Source: an uncultured Candidatus Saccharibacteria bacterium (GTDB lineage Bacteria; Patescibacteriota; Saccharimonadia; Saccharimonadales; JAGQNJ01). Taken from it: a DNA stretch of 64,000 bases. The stretch spans positions 241 through 64,240 of the forward strand of contig CAZNZL010000003.1 of assembly GCA_964577565.1 (NCBI GenBank), given 5' to 3'. The notes beneath the pieces are model-generated. The model worked only from the letters and a program-made list of their open reading frames with translations. It made no database searches and was not told the DNA's origin. Positions 61,523 through 64,000 of the stretch are shown one piece after another; position 1 is the first letter of the stretch, and each line of letters starts with the position of its first letter. Position numbers and translations under genes: made by a program.

Positions 61523-62296
61523 ATGGCAACAGACCCAAATACCATTAGGCATTACGACCAAAATGCCGAAGATTATCACCGTCATGTGACCAATCCGCAG
61601 GATGGGACGTACCACGCATTTTACGAAAAACCGGCTATACGCCGTGAACTGCCCAGTCTTCAAAATCTAGATGTAATCAGTATTGGCTGTGGTAGTGGGG
61701 TAGACGCACGCTGGTTAGCTGATAATGGTGCTAAAACGGTGGTGGGGGTAGACATATCAACAGGGCTACTTGAAATTGCCAGAAGAGAAAATCCTGACAT
61801 TGAGTTTATTCAGATGGATATGGAGGAGCTGGGCTTTGCCGCTGAAAGTTTTGATTTGGCCTATTCAAGCCTGGCTATTCATTATGTTGACGATTGGACA
61901 AAGTCGCTCAAAGAGGCGCGGAGAATCCTTAGGCCTGGCGGGCACTATGTGTTCTCGTGCGGTCATCCGCTCGATAGTGCCATGGAGTATATAACCGAGG
62001 GTGACTATAAGTACGCTCGACTCGGGCGACAAATTGACGTACACACTAAAAAACGCCGCATTTATGGTGATTACTTAGCGAAAGAGGGTGGCGGAATAAA
62101 GCGAATAACAGGCAAGGTTGGTGACATGGAAGTGACTTTTTATCATCGCACATTTAGCCGTATGCTTGAACATATCTGTGATTCTGGATTTACGATTGTA
62201 AGAATGGTTGAACCACAACCAATCGAAGGCGACCCAGAACACTACGAACAGCTAACAAAAACCCCTGCTTTTATGATTTGGGTACTTAAGAAGTGA
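61523..62296 (+). CDS. class I SAM-dependent methyltransferase
   Basis: Motif I (VISIGCGSGVDARWL), motif II (DLAYSSLAIHY) and LRPGGHYVFS. Confidence 0.88.
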   Translation: MATDPNTIRHYDQNAEDYHRHVTNPQDGTYHAFYEKPAIRRELPSLQNLDVISIGCGSGVDARWLADNGAKTVVGVDISTGLLEIARRENPDIEFIQMDMEELGFAAESFDLAYSSLAIHYVDDWTKSLKEARRILRPGGHYVFSCGHPLDSAMEYITEGDYKYARLGRQIDVHTKKRRIYGDYLAKEGGGIKRITGKVGDMEVTFYHRTFSRMLEHICDSGFTIVRMVEPQPIEGDPEHYEQLTKTPAFMIWVLKK

Positions 62297-62340
62297 ACGG
62301 TTTTATCCAGAAACAGCAACTACTAGCAAGATAGTTGTGA

Positions 62341-62483
62341 AAGCACTATAATTTATTCAAATGCACATACCAAAAAACTATTTTCATGATCGCATAATTT
62401 TGTTGCTCTTGAGTTCTGGGGTGTTTTTAACCGTACTAAACGCTTTATTAATCCTATTGCGTCTTGATAACAGCCGCGGCAGC
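62341..62483 (+). repeat. 143-bp perfect direct repeat, copy 2
   Basis: Identical to 61341-61483, offset by exactly 1000 bp. Confidence 0.97.
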
Positions 62484-62714
62484 TACATTGTGCAATATAG
62501 GGCAAATTTAGGGTTAAGCGCCTTTAAAGTAGGCGACAGCACAACCTTTATTAGCATGGTTTTGTTTGGTTTTATCATATTAGGCGTGCAAGTGATCTTA
62601 AGTATGCGGGCTTTTAAGATTCGCCGCCCGTACGCCATTGCTATATCGGCTTTGTGTATCTTGCTTTTAATGCTGACTATAATAGTTGGTAACGCGTTAT
62701 TGGCCTTGCGATAA
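62361..62714 (+). CDS. small integral membrane protein (117 aa, 3 TM)
   Basis: TATAAT lies 8 nt before the ATG. Three hydrophobic helices. The stop overlaps the next start (TAATG). Confidence 0.7.
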   Translation: MHIPKNYFHDRIILLLLSSGVFLTVLNALLILLRLDNSRGSYIVQYRANLGLSAFKVGDSTTFISMVLFGFIILGVQVILSMRAFKIRRPYAIAISALCILLLMLTIIVGNALLALR

Positions 62715-64000
62715 TGAAAAACATAGAAATACCCCTACAATCAGAAAAGAGCTGGCATTACCGTTTTTTTGAGATGTTACCTGGTTTACTTACTTGGTCA
62801 ATCTTGATACTACCGTTTGTGTTAAGTATTTTTGCGGCCCATATAACTGCAATTTTAATTATTGCTTTCTTTTTGTTGTGGTTTGCGCGGGCGGTGGGCC
62901 TAAACGTGCGTGTTGTTCAGGGCTGGAGAACGATGCATCAGCATCAAAAGCTCAACTGGCCTAAAATGCTCAGCCAACTTGAAAACCCCGAGAAAGACTA
63001 TCAAAAAACCAAAGATTTGCCCAAATGGCACTTTGACAACCTACGGCGGCTTGCACATAACCAGGCATTCAAGCCAGACGACATTTATCACGCCGTCATT
63101 ATTGCTACCTACAATGAAAGCCGTGAGGTGTTAGAGCCGACGTTTCAGTCGGTACAAAACTCTCACTACGACATGGATAAAGTGATTTTAGTACTAGCCT
63201 ATGAAGAGCGGGGCGGTGAGGCAGTTGAGCAACAGGCCCATCAACTGATTAAAGAGTATAAAAGCAAGTTTGGGCATATTTTCGCTGTTAAGCATCCGCG
63301 CGACCTGCCTAATGAGGTGATCGGTAAGGGGGGTAATATTACTTATGCGGCTAAAGAGCTTGAGCGGTACTTAACAAAAGAGAAGATTGAGCCCAAAAAC
63401 GTCATCGTAACAACGCTTGATGCTGATAATCGGCCCCATGCTAACTACCTGGCAGCGCTAACCTATACCTTTGTACTGTCGCCTGACCCTATTCACGTCT
63501 CGTATCAGCCAATTCCGCAGTTTACAAATAATATTTGGGACGTGCCGGCGCCAATGCGCGTGGTTGCAACCGGTAACTCGTTTTGGAACATTATTTTGTC
63601 GTTGCGGCCACATATGCTGCGTAACTTTGCGTCTCATGCCCAAAGTATGCAAGGGCTCATCGAAACAGATTACTGGAGCGTGCGAACGATCGTAGAAGAC
63701 GGGCATCAATTTTGGCGCAGCTATTTTGCGTTTGAGGGCAACTACGAGGTTTACCCCATTTATTTGCCCATTTACCAAGATGCCGTGCTAGACAAAACCT
63801 ATCGTAAAACCTTGCGCGCCCAGTTTATACAAATGCGCCGCTGGGCCTACGGTGCGTCAGACATCGCTTATGTGGCCGATAAAGCCTGGTTTACGCCTAA
63901 CAGCATTCCTAAGCTGGACAAGCTCTTTAAATTTTTACGCCTGCTAGAAGGGCATATTAGCTGGTCAACTGCACCGCTTATATTGGCGTTTGCCGCCTTT
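62714..64000 (+). CDS. membrane GT2 processive glycosyltransferase (3' end outside window)
   Basis: Not in the ORF track because there is no stop in the window. IIATYNE, TLDADN and QxxRW-like QFIQMRRWAYG motifs, with N-terminal TM helices. Confidence 0.85.
   Translation, partial: MKNIEIPLQSEKSWHYRFFEMLPGLLTWSILILPFVLSIFAAHITAILIIAFFLLWFARAVGLNVRVVQGWRTMHQHQKLNWPKMLSQLENPEKDYQKTKDLPKWHFDNLRRLAHNQAFKPDDIYHAVIIATYNESREVLEPTFQSVQNSHYDMDKVILVLAYEERGGEAVEQQAHQLIKEYKSKFGHIFAVKHPRDLPNEVIGKGGNITYAAKELERYLTKEKIEPKNVIVTTLDADNRPHANYLAALTYTFVLSPDPIHVSYQPIPQFTNNIWDVPAPMRVVATGNSFWNIILSLRPHMLRNFASHAQSMQGLIETDYWSVRTIVEDGHQFWRSYFAFEGNYEVYPIYLPIYQDAVLDKTYRKTLRAQFIQMRRWAYGASDIAYVADKAWFTPNSIPKLDKLFKFLRLLEGHISWSTAPLILAFAAF

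Noticed and set aside
62910-63778. ORFs 62910-63134 (+), 63458-63778 (-) and 63471-63695 (+)
   Set aside because: All lie inside, and out of frame with or antisense to, the long GT2 glycosyltransferase frame. That frame runs from 62714 to the window end and carries the DADN and QxxRW motifs.

Overview
This is a gene-dense 64-kb chromosomal segment that reads in the standard genetic code. Gene content suggests a small-genome, monoderm, Patescibacteria/CPR-type (Saccharibacteria-like) bacterium. That is an inference from a secretin-less type IV pilus locus, RNase J, tRNAs with encoded CCA, many ORFans and tight gene packing; no search was run.

Housekeeping genes: clpB (5' truncated by the window edge), mutM, holA, rpsT, truB, rpsO-pnp, a UDG-superfamily gene, rnj, ftsK, rpsF-ssb-rpsR, efp, tlyA, ychF, ndk, a Xer-type recombinase, four tRNAs and a GT2 glycosyltransferase (3' truncated by the window edge).

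Main accessory block (29.1-49.2 kb): five exported or membrane-anchored proteins lie directly upstream of a complete type IV pilus locus. They include a CHAP amidase fused to six FG-GAP-like repeats, and two giant paralogs sharing an unrecognised ~290-aa C-terminal module. The pilus locus is pilMNO, a small TM protein, pilB, pilT, pilC, the major pilin, pilD and four minor pilins.

A second accessory block (53.7-60.9 kb) holds about 13 mostly unrecognisable genes next to a tRNA-Gly/Thr/Asp cluster. It includes one visibly GC3-rich gene that looks foreign.

At the DNA level I see:
- two dispersed families of structured intergenic repeats, one of which shows compensatory stem changes
- a 90-nt MITE-like palindrome with 8-bp flanking repeats
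- a duplication of the truB 5' end around an inserted repeat element
- perfect 143-bp direct repeats bracketing a methyltransferase cassette
- a 26-bp promoter/operator palindrome of an ArsR-family gene that recurs perfectly inside the ychF coding sequence
- a pervasive leaderless promoter layout, with a (TGn)TATAAT-like box 5-9 nt upstream of the start codon

No CRISPR array, rRNA, transposase, integrase or reverse transcriptase was seen. All functional calls come from motif recognition by eye.
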